A stretch of DNA of 64,000 bases from Bacteroidales bacterium (GTDB taxonomy: Bacteria > Bacteroidota > Bacteroidia > Bacteroidales > WRLA01): contig OZ245940.1 of assembly GCA_965230045.1 (NCBI GenBank), positions 1,847,590-1,911,589 of the forward strand, written 5' to 3'. Below are positions 31,564-40,394 of the stretch, piece after piece. Positions within the stretch are counted from its first letter, which is position 1. The number at the start of each line of letters is the position of its first letter. The notes below the pieces were generated by a model, which was not told the origin of the DNA, did not search any database, and saw nothing but the letters and a program-made list of their open reading frames with translations. A program made the position numbers and the translations under genes.

Positions 31564-32340
31564 CTATTGCAAGCTGATGGACAATGAAAAATAGAATTTC
31601 TTATCTATGCTGTTATACACCAAATGGCCATTGTATGGAATGCTCCATTTTTTCGTGATACAGATGCTGGAACTGTATGTAATTCCGTAATTGAAAATCG
31701 CAGCTTTATTGGCATACATGCTTTTGGCAGGAGTACCGCCAAGTGTAAGCAGTATGTTGTGCTTACCGCGAAGCAGCGGGTAATTCATCTCAAGATAAGT
31801 GGAGTAAAGCTGGTTTTGTTTTTCGTCCATATCAAAACCGCCGATAAAGCATCCGGCCATTACCGAAAGGGGGAGCTTTTCGGTTCCCAGCCAACTTGCC
31901 TGTGCTTCAAACAAATGGCGTGTTGAAGGTTTGTCGAAATTAAAGAATTCGTTGGAAGCAGCGGCATCCGACGGGCAATAATAATCGAAAATGCCTATTT
32001 GAAAATTCTTCCAGGTATATGTAGCGAATAAATCCAGTTCTTTATAGCTGTTGTCAAAGGCCCATGATGCCCAGGCGCTCACTGCCAGTCCGCCACTGGA
32101 AAATGTTACCAAAGGTTCGATACAAGGTGCATCACCGGCAGGCATGGCGCGCCAGATATGTTTGGATGTTAGTGTCGTGCTCAGGTGAAAAGCCGCCGGA
32201 TTTTTTTGCAGGCTGTCTTTTTCCATTTTATTGAGCTTTACCGGAATGGTAAGATCGGATGCTTCGGCATGAGAATCAATTGCCCAGAGGCAAAGGATTA
32301 CTATGAATACCTGTGCCATTAGTTTTTGAACAGTGGTCAT
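31564..32340 (-). CDS. Putative outer-membrane beta-barrel protein
   Basis: Signal peptide, SKHIWR, ELDLFATY, alternating aromatic strands, terminal strand FYFSLSISLQ. Confidence 0.55.
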   Translation of the reverse strand: MTTVQKLMAQVFIVILCLWAIDSHAEASDLTIPVKLNKMEKDSLQKNPAAFHLSTTLTSKHIWRAMPAGDAPCIEPLVTFSSGGLAVSAWASWAFDNSYKELDLFATYTWKNFQIGIFDYYCPSDAAASNEFFNFDKPSTRHLFEAQASWLGTEKLPLSVMAGCFIGGFDMDEKQNQLYSTYLEMNYPLLRGKHNILLTLGGTPAKSMYANKAAIFNYGITYSSSICITKKWSIPYNGHLVYNSIDKKFYFSLSISLQ

Positions 32341-32360
32341 TTTTAGATGAGGAAGTTTGG

Positions 32361-33539
32361 TTATCCGAGGTTTACGAACATACTAATCAAAACGAAAGCA
32401 TAATGTGCCACAATTCCGGCAACGATTCCGCCAATTGTGTGCGACAGCAGTGCTTTGCTGGTCAGTTTGCGGTATCCCAGTGTATCCAGCATCGCGGTAT
32501 GCGTGCTCAGGTATCCGCTCCAGCACATGCCCATGGCCGTGAAAACCGCAATGGCATTTCCATTGATGATGTTCTCGTCCACAAAAGCTTTTACCAGTGA
32601 GAGTGATGCTCCGACCGCACCCAGTGATGTGATGGGGAAGGCGATGAGCTCTGCATTTTCAAAACCGAAAAGGCCATAGAACAGCCAGTCAATTTTCCCG
32701 GCAAGATAGGGAAGGAGGGGCACGCCTTCGTAGGCCAGGCCCTGATATCCAACACTGGCATCTTTGGGGCCAAATGTTAGGATCATGATGATGGTACTGA
32801 TGATCAATACGCCGGGAATAATGCTCAAACCCAGATCGACCCCCGATTTTCCGCCATCGAGTATGGAGTTCAGAAAACGGAGAAAGGTTCCTCCTTCAGA
32901 TTTGAAAGAAATGTTTTCTTCCAGGTCTTTTTTGGCTTCTTTGCGTTTTAGGTGGGCTTCTTCGGGGAAATCTTTGCTGATGAGCTTTTGCATTATACGG
33001 GTGGAAACCACAGCGCCCACAACAGCGCCGAAAAGGCCAACCATGGCCGCTTTGAAATACCCAAAACCCGACATATAGGTAAGCACGATCAGGCCCATGC
33101 CAAAAGCAGTACCGAAATTGGTCAGTGAAATCAATTCCCTTTTCAGGAAATATTTGCTGAAGCTTTTATCGTTCGAAAGGCCGATAATGGCGGGATTGTC
33201 TGAGAAGAATGTCATCAGGCCGGCCAGTGAAGCCACGCCAGGCAGGTTAAACAATGGGCGCATAAGGGGCGAGAGGATTTTTTCGATGAGGCGTACTACG
33301 CCAAACTCAATCATCAGGCGACCCAATGCCCCGGTAAGTACCGTAATGCCCATAATATAAAAGACCGTGTTCATCAACAGGTCCCAGGCTGTGTTCATAA
33401 TGGTGTTGAGCATATTGTCGATGCCCATTTTTGTGCCCAGAAAACCAAAGAAACCAAAGAAAAGCAGCAGGAATACCAAGGCTTCGTACCTTCTGTTGAG
33501 CAGGAAGTTTTTATTCCGAATGGTTTTTAAAGATTTCAT
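32361..33539 (-). CDS. Gate-domain membrane transporter (CD0519/CD1768-like)
   Basis: Polytopic; PLMRPLFNLPG, FSDNPAI, TNFGTAFGMG, CWSGYLSTH. Confidence 0.65.
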   Translation of the reverse strand: MKSLKTIRNKNFLLNRRYEALVFLLLFFGFFGFLGTKMGIDNMLNTIMNTAWDLLMNTVFYIMGITVLTGALGRLMIEFGVVRLIEKILSPLMRPLFNLPGVASLAGLMTFFSDNPAIIGLSNDKSFSKYFLKRELISLTNFGTAFGMGLIVLTYMSGFGYFKAAMVGLFGAVVGAVVSTRIMQKLISKDFPEEAHLKRKEAKKDLEENISFKSEGGTFLRFLNSILDGGKSGVDLGLSIIPGVLIISTIIMILTFGPKDASVGYQGLAYEGVPLLPYLAGKIDWLFYGLFGFENAELIAFPITSLGAVGASLSLVKAFVDENIINGNAIAVFTAMGMCWSGYLSTHTAMLDTLGYRKLTSKALLSHTIGGIVAGIVAHYAFVLISMFVNLG

Positions 33540-33928
33540 TACCAGTTAATTAGTGTGTTTAGACAAGGTTTAAATCTGGCCGCGAAAGTACATTATTTTT
33601 TGAAGTGGCAAAGATTGAATCGTTAAAAATAATCATCCCTTTTAAAAAATTTTATGATATTGTAAAAGCTTGTAAACCAATATTTAAGGTTGTATTGAAT
33701 AAAGATTCGCTGAGTAGAAGGGCTTGTGATGCGTGAAGCTTTTTTGAAATAAAGCGATTGTCTTTGGATCTTGATGTTTCTTGTTGATTAATATTATCTG
33801 AGCTGTTTGTTTGTGTTGGTCTAAGAGGGAAAGATGAGTGTGTAAATGCAATTTGGTTTAGAATATATTATCAGTTTCTCATTAAAATAATGTAACTTTA
33901 TGGTGTTTATTTTTTTAGCCCTCTCCAA

Positions 33929-36250
33929 ATGAAAACAAAAGTAGTCTCTCTGGTATTGATTTTATTGATGTTCCTATGGTTTTGCAAGGAGCTTTCAGCC
34001 CAAACCACCCACTGGCTCAATCCCCTCCCAGCTGGCAATGAATTTTATGATATTGCTTTTTTTGACGGGCAGCATGGCCTGATGTGCGGCCAATATGGCA
34101 TGATATGCGCAACAAATGATGGGGGCAGTCATTGGGAGATTGTTTTTAACGAAGGAAGCAGTTCGCTGAGCCAGATCAATATTGTTGCCCCGGGTCATGC
34201 CTTTATTAAAATGGGCAGCAGGCAACTGATCTCCACCCATGATTACGGACGGGTGTGGGCAAAAGTGTGTCAATTCCCGGACAGCATGAGTATAACAAAG
34301 TTTAGAATGTTTGATGAGCATTACGGATATGTTCTTTTGGTACACAATGAGTCTAAAAATACATTGATTGGAAATACTATAAACGGAGGGAAAGGATGGA
34401 ACTTAAGCTATACATCCGAACTGTTAACTAATGAATCGAAAATTAGTGATTTTGCTTTTGAAAACGCTAAGAAAGGCATGCTGTTAAGCCAAGAGAATCA
34501 GAGGCTTTATCTTACAAGTGATTCATGTGCCACATTTGAGTACGTGACTTTTTTTCCTGATGAGTTTTATTATAAAATTATTAATCAAAATAATGGGATT
34601 TATTATGCCTTAGGTAGAAGAGATGATGATTGGCATGAAAGGATAGCCTCAAACGAAAAGGAGGTGTATATTGACTTTTCATATATAATATTGAAGAGCA
34701 ATGATGATGGTAATTCATGGCAAAGAGTTTATGACAAGAATGAAATGCCTGATTTGAATAAGATGAAAACTTTTGGAGATTCTTTGGTGTTTGTTTATGG
34801 ATACTGTAATTATGACTGGCATCCGGAAGGTTGCATAAAGTTTCCAATGCTTGTTTCGAGAGATCAAGGTATAAGCTGGAGTGCTGCACAGGAAAAACCC
34901 GACCTATATGGGAAGGGTTTTACGCGGCCTAATATCAGAAGTGTAGGGATTGTTGACCATCAAAAAGCATTTTGCTGTATAACATCTATCAACTATGATT
35001 TGGAAGGAGGACGGTCTTCCGTTTTTCTTGAAAATCTTAATATGAGCAATCTCTGGATACCGGCCTCGGACAATTTTATTGAGAAAATCATGGATTTGGA
35101 ATTTGATGATGAACAAATGATCCTGCTAACGAAAGATGTCGTATTGAATTATTATACACAGGATCGGGTATGGGACAGCCTGCTTTACCCAAATATAAAC
35201 AATTTGGTTTTTGAGGATATGGATATACTACAGGATAAATCTTGTATTATTGGGCGTACTTTTTTTAGTGGTAACTTATATTGTTATTATTCAGAAGATG
35301 GTTTCAATAGCTATTGTGAGGGCATTATAAAATCCTATGAGCTTTATAATATGTCAGTAGATATTCTGGATGATGACCGCGTCTATATCTTTCAACCCTA
35401 TGAATATGAGTATGGTATAATTCCCAAACTTTTTAAATTTAGCCCGATTGATACCAGTTTGGCAGAATTAGAATTACCTTCGGTAAGCTCTTCGGCTATG
35501 ATGGATATGGAATCTTGCGATGATCACATATATGTATTTGGTGGTTCCGCTGGCAATGGCGGATACTATGCAAGCACAGATGAAGGCGAAAGCTGGGACT
35601 TTACCAATTTGGGGGTGAATAAAATCCTTAAAGCATTTCAAATTAACGACTCCATTTTTTATATAACCAATGGATATACATATGGGGAAAGTGGTAGCCC
35701 TGCCGTGTGGCCGGTCAATATCCGAACGGGAGAGCTTATGGAACAGATTTTTTCTGCTGAAAATCTTGCTGTTCTTGATATAGTACAAACCAATGCAGGA
35801 GATGATTACCTGTTAACAGGAAATTATATTTACAAAAGAACAGATGGCACATACTGGGAGCGTTTTGGCCCATACCCTGATTTTCAAAGCCTGAAACTTG
35901 ATCCGGACGGGCAGCATGTATGGGCTTATGGCATAACGGGGCGTATGATGTATATGGGCGAAAAAATGCCGGTTGGCCTTGAACCGGAACAAAAAAGGGC
36001 GGAAGGAATGGCCTTGCGTTCCAATCCGGTAGGCCATGCCCTCGAAATAGACCTTAACCTGCAATACTCAGGCAATGCCCTGCTGAGCCTCTATGACCTG
36101 AGCGGCAAAACCATGATGCAGCACAAGCTAAAGCTCAACGGAAGCCCAAAAGGATATAATTTCAATGTTGGGCATTTAAAGCCTGGCATGTATATCCTCA
36201 ATTTGGAATATGGCGGGCAACGGATTAGTGAGAAGGTGGTGAAGAGGTAG
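33929..36250 (+). CDS. T9SS-secreted Asp-box beta-propeller protein (YCF48/VPS10-like), copy 1
   Basis: Signal peptide ending A|Q; Asp-boxes TNDGGSHW, SNDDGNSW, SRDQGISW, STDEGESW; CTD NPV...LYDLSGK...LKPGMYIL...KVVKR. Confidence 0.85.
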   Translation: MKTKVVSLVLILLMFLWFCKELSAQTTHWLNPLPAGNEFYDIAFFDGQHGLMCGQYGMICATNDGGSHWEIVFNEGSSSLSQINIVAPGHAFIKMGSRQLISTHDYGRVWAKVCQFPDSMSITKFRMFDEHYGYVLLVHNESKNTLIGNTINGGKGWNLSYTSELLTNESKISDFAFENAKKGMLLSQENQRLYLTSDSCATFEYVTFFPDEFYYKIINQNNGIYYALGRRDDDWHERIASNEKEVYIDFSYIILKSNDDGNSWQRVYDKNEMPDLNKMKTFGDSLVFVYGYCNYDWHPEGCIKFPMLVSRDQGISWSAAQEKPDLYGKGFTRPNIRSVGIVDHQKAFCCITSINYDLEGGRSSVFLENLNMSNLWIPASDNFIEKIMDLEFDDEQMILLTKDVVLNYYTQDRVWDSLLYPNINNLVFEDMDILQDKSCIIGRTFFSGNLYCYYSEDGFNSYCEGIIKSYELYNMSVDILDDDRVYIFQPYEYEYGIIPKLFKFSPIDTSLAELELPSVSSSAMMDMESCDDHIYVFGGSAGNGGYYASTDEGESWDFTNLGVNKILKAFQINDSIFYITNGYTYGESGSPAVWPVNIRTGELMEQIFSAENLAVLDIVQTNAGDDYLLTGNYIYKRTDGTYWERFGPYPDFQSLKLDPDGQHVWAYGITGRMMYMGEKMPVGLEPEQKRAEGMALRSNPVGHALEIDLNLQYSGNALLSLYDLSGKTMMQHKLKLNGSPKGYNFNVGHLKPGMYILNLEYGGQRISEKVVKR

Positions 36251-36330
36251 GCTTACGGTAGAATCAGAGGGTATTTTAAAATAGTTGGAATTTGGATATA
36301 ATTTTCATGAATTACTGAAATATTATTAAG

Positions 36331-38021
36331 CCTGTTTAATTCATAAACTCCCAAAAACAGGCAAAATTTTTTAACCGAGCAGGGTCAGGCATTGCGAATC
36401 AAGAATAATCGCTTAAATTTCTATATATTTACTCTAATCACATGGCTTATGAGCATAATTTTCCTATTTGGGTTTTCCCGTAAAGCCCATTGATAATTTT
36501 ATTTGACATCAAGATGTTGAAGAACATTAGCTTACCGAATTTTGGCCTAAATCCTTAGGGTTTCGAATTTCTTAAAGCATTTCATAAACACCCGGTCGCT
36601 GTAAAATTCTGCAGGCAGCTCTATTTTAATTTTTGATTTCAGTACTTTGATCCGGGCAGCTACTTTGATCAGCTTCAATTGAAGTGTTTTCATAGTTGCT
36701 TTAGCAAACTCTGTCCCTACTAACGCCATGCTTTGCAAGCTGTGCATCAGGACATAAGCAGCAGAATGCAAAAACAACCTGAACTGATTGGCCTTAAAGC
36801 TGTTGCAGGACATCCTGTCCGACTTAAGGTATGTTTTATGTTCTTTGATACGCAATTCGGCTGCGCCCCTTGCACAATATCCTTGTTCGTAAAGCGCCTT
36901 GGCACGAACATTTTGCAGGCTGCTGACAATATACCTTACATTTGTCCCCATGCTGCTTACTTCTACTTTGACTACCACTCGTTCGGCAAAAGCCCAACTG
37001 GATGCCTGATATTGAAAGCTATGATAACGTTTCACTGGTGTACCCGACTGTTGGAAGTTTTTTTTGGCGCTTTCTATGGTTATTTTGGCCTTTTGGTTTA
37101 AAACAGAATTGCCACTGAGCCCTGTGATAAATTCAACCCTATGGCTCTCCCTTGCCCACTCCATAAACTCTTTGGAACAAAAATGGCTGTCGCCCCTAAG
37201 GATGATCATCGTGTTGGGCCAATGCTGGCGCAGGTAGCTTATGATGCGTTTGTGGATCGAAAAAACATCAAGGCTTTTGCTGCGGCGGCCAGGTTTGAGG
37301 ATAGTGGTTACCAGCTTGCCCGAAAAGCCTTCATATATGTGCAAAGGCATATAGCAATAGTCCCCGTAGTAATTATTGAACATGGTAAGCTGCTGATTAC
37401 CATATGTTAAGCTGCTTGTATCGTCAGAATCAAGTATAATAATTTTTGGTTCGTGGTCATAGGAAGCGATAAATTTATCTACAAAGACCTTGGCCATTTT
37501 GTAGTTCTGAGAAGCCGTGATTTGATTCTCAAAACGACTCATTGTAGGCTGGGCTGAAAGGCTTTCTGTAGTCTCACAGCATACCTTAACTACCTCATCG
37601 TCCCTGAGCGCATTGCAGTCATTTGCATCTTCAAAGCCTGCAGCAATTTGCATAATACGCTGGCTTAGAAGGCGTTTTGTGCTGTGCTTGACATAACTTT
37701 GGTTGCGGGGGTCTTCAATGCAGCCTGCAAGGCTGTCGATTAAACCAAGCTGTTTTTCTACTTCGCGAAGCAATAATAGGCCGCCATCACTTGATGTCTT
37801 TTTCAAAGTAAAGTTAACATCAACCTTTTTGCCATTTGAACTGGTGAGAGGAAAAAGGCTCTTTTGTGTAATTTCCTGTGGTTTTGTGCCACTGTTTGAA
37901 ATATTCTTTGTATTTTTAGCCATAGGGATTTTTGTTTTTGTTTGCCGACATAAAGATACTGAATATCAATGAGGTATCGCACAAATTTCCCTATTTTTTT
38001 TTGGTTTATGAATAATTTAGG
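36331..38021 (-). mobile_element. IS1380-family insertion sequence
   Basis: Ends CCTGTTTAATTCATAAAC and (reverse complement) CCTAAATTATTCATAAAC; TAAG duplicated at 36327-36330 and 38022-38025; the empty site is visible at 40391-40397. Confidence 0.92.
36547..37923 (-). CDS. IS1380-family DDE transposase
   Basis: SSDGGLLLL, DANDCNALRDD, QPTMSRFEN, ILDSDDT, LRGDSHF, YCARGAAELRIKE, ANQFRL. Confidence 0.93.
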   Translation of the reverse strand: MAKNTKNISNSGTKPQEITQKSLFPLTSSNGKKVDVNFTLKKTSSDGGLLLLREVEKQLGLIDSLAGCIEDPRNQSYVKHSTKRLLSQRIMQIAAGFEDANDCNALRDDEVVKVCCETTESLSAQPTMSRFENQITASQNYKMAKVFVDKFIASYDHEPKIIILDSDDTSSLTYGNQQLTMFNNYYGDYCYMPLHIYEGFSGKLVTTILKPGRRSKSLDVFSIHKRIISYLRQHWPNTMIILRGDSHFCSKEFMEWARESHRVEFITGLSGNSVLNQKAKITIESAKKNFQQSGTPVKRYHSFQYQASSWAFAERVVVKVEVSSMGTNVRYIVSSLQNVRAKALYEQGYCARGAAELRIKEHKTYLKSDRMSCNSFKANQFRLFLHSAAYVLMHSLQSMALVGTEFAKATMKTLQLKLIKVAARIKVLKSKIKIELPAEFYSDRVFMKCFKKFETLRI

Positions 38022-38025
38022 TAAG

Positions 38026-40314
38026 ATGAGACATAAGCTGGTTAAACATACGCTTTGCTTTTTTGCGGTTTTAATATTTTGCACAGCATCAACCGCCCAA
38101 ACCACCCACTGGCTCAATCCCCTCCCAGCCGGCAATGAATTTTATGATATTGCTTTTTTTGACGGGCAGCATGGCCTGATGTGCGGCCAATATGGCATGA
38201 TATGCGCAACAAATGATGGGGGCAGTCATTGGGAGATTGTTTTTAACGAAGGAAGCAGTTCGCTGAGCCAGATCAATATTGTTGCCCCGGGTCATGCTTT
38301 TATAAAGATGGGGAACCGGCAACTGATCTCCACCCATGATTACGGGCGGGTGTGGGCAAAAGTGTGTCAATTCCCGGACAGCATGAGTATAACAAAGTTT
38401 AGAATGTTTGATGAGCATTACGGATATGTTCTTTTGGTACACAATGAGTCTAAAAATACTTTGATTGGAAATACTATAAACGGAGGGAAAGGATGGAACT
38501 TAAGCTATACATCCGAACTGTTAACTAATGAATCGAAAATTAGTGATTTTGCTTTTGAAAACGCTAAGAAAGGCATGCTGTTAAGCCAGGAGAATCAGAG
38601 GCTTTATCTTACAAGTGATTCATGTTCCACATTTGAGTACGTGACTTTTTTCCCTAATGAGTTTTATTATAAAATTATTAATCAAAATAATGGGATTTAT
38701 TATGCCTTAGGTAGAAGAGATGATGATTGGCATGAAAGGATAGCCTCAAACGAAAAGGAGGTGTATATTGACTTTTCATATATAATATTGAAGAGCAATG
38801 ATGATGGTAATTCATGGCAAAGAGTTTATGACAAGAATGAAATGCCTGATTTGAATCAAATGAAAACTTTTGGAGATTCTTTGGTGTTTGTTTATGGATA
38901 CTGTAATTATTACTGGCATCCGGAAGGTTGCATAAAGTTTCCAATGCTTGTTTCGAGAGATCAAGGTATAAGCTGGGAGGAAAGCAGGGAGAGTCCTGAT
39001 CTTTATGCATATGGCTTTCAATACCCTATAATAAGAGGATTTGGTGTGATTGATAAGAATAATGCAGTATGTTGTGTCTCTGCTAAAAATACTGGAATGA
39101 CCGGCGGTAATCCGTCAGTTCTTCTTTTTGCAGACGAAGAGCAGGTTTGGAGGCCTCTAAAAAATAATTTCATTGATATGTTGCTTGAACTTGATTTTGA
39201 TGAAAGAAGCATATCTGCACTTTCGCAAAAGTACTATGTGAAAAGGGATTTGTCGCAAGCTGTTTGGGATACTGTCTTTTTTGCTGAAGAAGATGTTAGA
39301 TTTACGGGTATGGATGATGTTAATAATGAAAAAGTAATTGTTGGTTATGATTCTGATGAGTACTTGCATTTTTATTATAGCAATGATGCAGGAGAAAGTT
39401 GGTGGTCATTTCAATTTAATGAGCCTCTTAGGCAGATGAATGTTAAGCTGCAGGGCTTGAATACAATTTATGTATTTAGGGGCTATGAAAATGAAATACC
39501 ACTGTATCCAAAATTGCTAAAACTTTTCATGCAGGATACGGTATTTCAAGTAATTGATTTGCCTGAGACTTATGCAAGTGCTATGATGGATATGAAATTC
39601 ACCGATGATCACATATATGTATTTGGTGGTTCCGCTGGCAATGGCGGATACTATGCAAGCACAGATGAAGGCGAAAGCTGGGACTTTACCAATTTGGGGG
39701 TGAATAAAATTTTAAAGGCTTTCCAAATCAACGATTCCGTTTTTTACATTACGAATGATTATTCTATTGTGTACTCGGTCAATATCCGAACAGGAGAACT
39801 TTTGGAACAGGTTTTTTCTGCTGAAAATGTTGCTGTTCTTGATATAGTACAAACCAATGCAGGAGATGATTACCTGTTAACAGGAAATTATATTTACAAA
39901 AGAACAGATGGCACATACTGGGAGCGTTTTGGCCCATACCCTTATTTTCAAAGCCTGAAACTGGATCCGGACGGGCAGCATGTGTGGGCTTATGGCAAAT
40001 CGGGGCGCATGATGTATATGGGCGAAGAAATGCCGGTTGGCCTTGAACCGGAACAAAAAAGGGCGGAAGGAATGGCCTTGCGCTCAAATCCGGTAGGCCA
40101 TGCCCTCGAAATAGACCTTAACCTGCAATACTCAGGCGAAGCCCTGCTGAGCCTCTATGACCTGAGCGGCAAAACCATGATGCAGCACAAGCTAAAGCTC
40201 AACGGAAGCCCAAAAGGATATAATTTCAATGTAGGGCATCTAAAGCCGGGCATGTATATCCTCAATCTGGAATATGGCGGGCAACGGATTAGTGAGAAGG
40301 TGGTGAAGAGGTAG
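38026..40314 (+). CDS. T9SS-secreted Asp-box beta-propeller protein, copy 2
   Basis: Starts MRHKLVK as in copy 3; same Asp-boxes and CTD. Confidence 0.85.
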   Translation: MRHKLVKHTLCFFAVLIFCTASTAQTTHWLNPLPAGNEFYDIAFFDGQHGLMCGQYGMICATNDGGSHWEIVFNEGSSSLSQINIVAPGHAFIKMGNRQLISTHDYGRVWAKVCQFPDSMSITKFRMFDEHYGYVLLVHNESKNTLIGNTINGGKGWNLSYTSELLTNESKISDFAFENAKKGMLLSQENQRLYLTSDSCSTFEYVTFFPNEFYYKIINQNNGIYYALGRRDDDWHERIASNEKEVYIDFSYIILKSNDDGNSWQRVYDKNEMPDLNQMKTFGDSLVFVYGYCNYYWHPEGCIKFPMLVSRDQGISWEESRESPDLYAYGFQYPIIRGFGVIDKNNAVCCVSAKNTGMTGGNPSVLLFADEEQVWRPLKNNFIDMLLELDFDERSISALSQKYYVKRDLSQAVWDTVFFAEEDVRFTGMDDVNNEKVIVGYDSDEYLHFYYSNDAGESWWSFQFNEPLRQMNVKLQGLNTIYVFRGYENEIPLYPKLLKLFMQDTVFQVIDLPETYASAMMDMKFTDDHIYVFGGSAGNGGYYASTDEGESWDFTNLGVNKILKAFQINDSVFYITNDYSIVYSVNIRTGELLEQVFSAENVAVLDIVQTNAGDDYLLTGNYIYKRTDGTYWERFGPYPYFQSLKLDPDGQHVWAYGKSGRMMYMGEEMPVGLEPEQKRAEGMALRSNPVGHALEIDLNLQYSGEALLSLYDLSGKTMMQHKLKLNGSPKGYNFNVGHLKPGMYILNLEYGGQRISEKVVKR

Positions 40315-40394
40315 GCTTACGGTAGAATCAGAGGGTATTTTAAAATAGTTGGAATTTGGATATAATTTTCATGAATTACTGAAATATTATTAAG

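Noticed and set aside
37969-38025. Longer N-terminus for array copy 2
   Set aside because: Lies within the IS end; copy 3 shows the true start is MRHKLVK at 38026.
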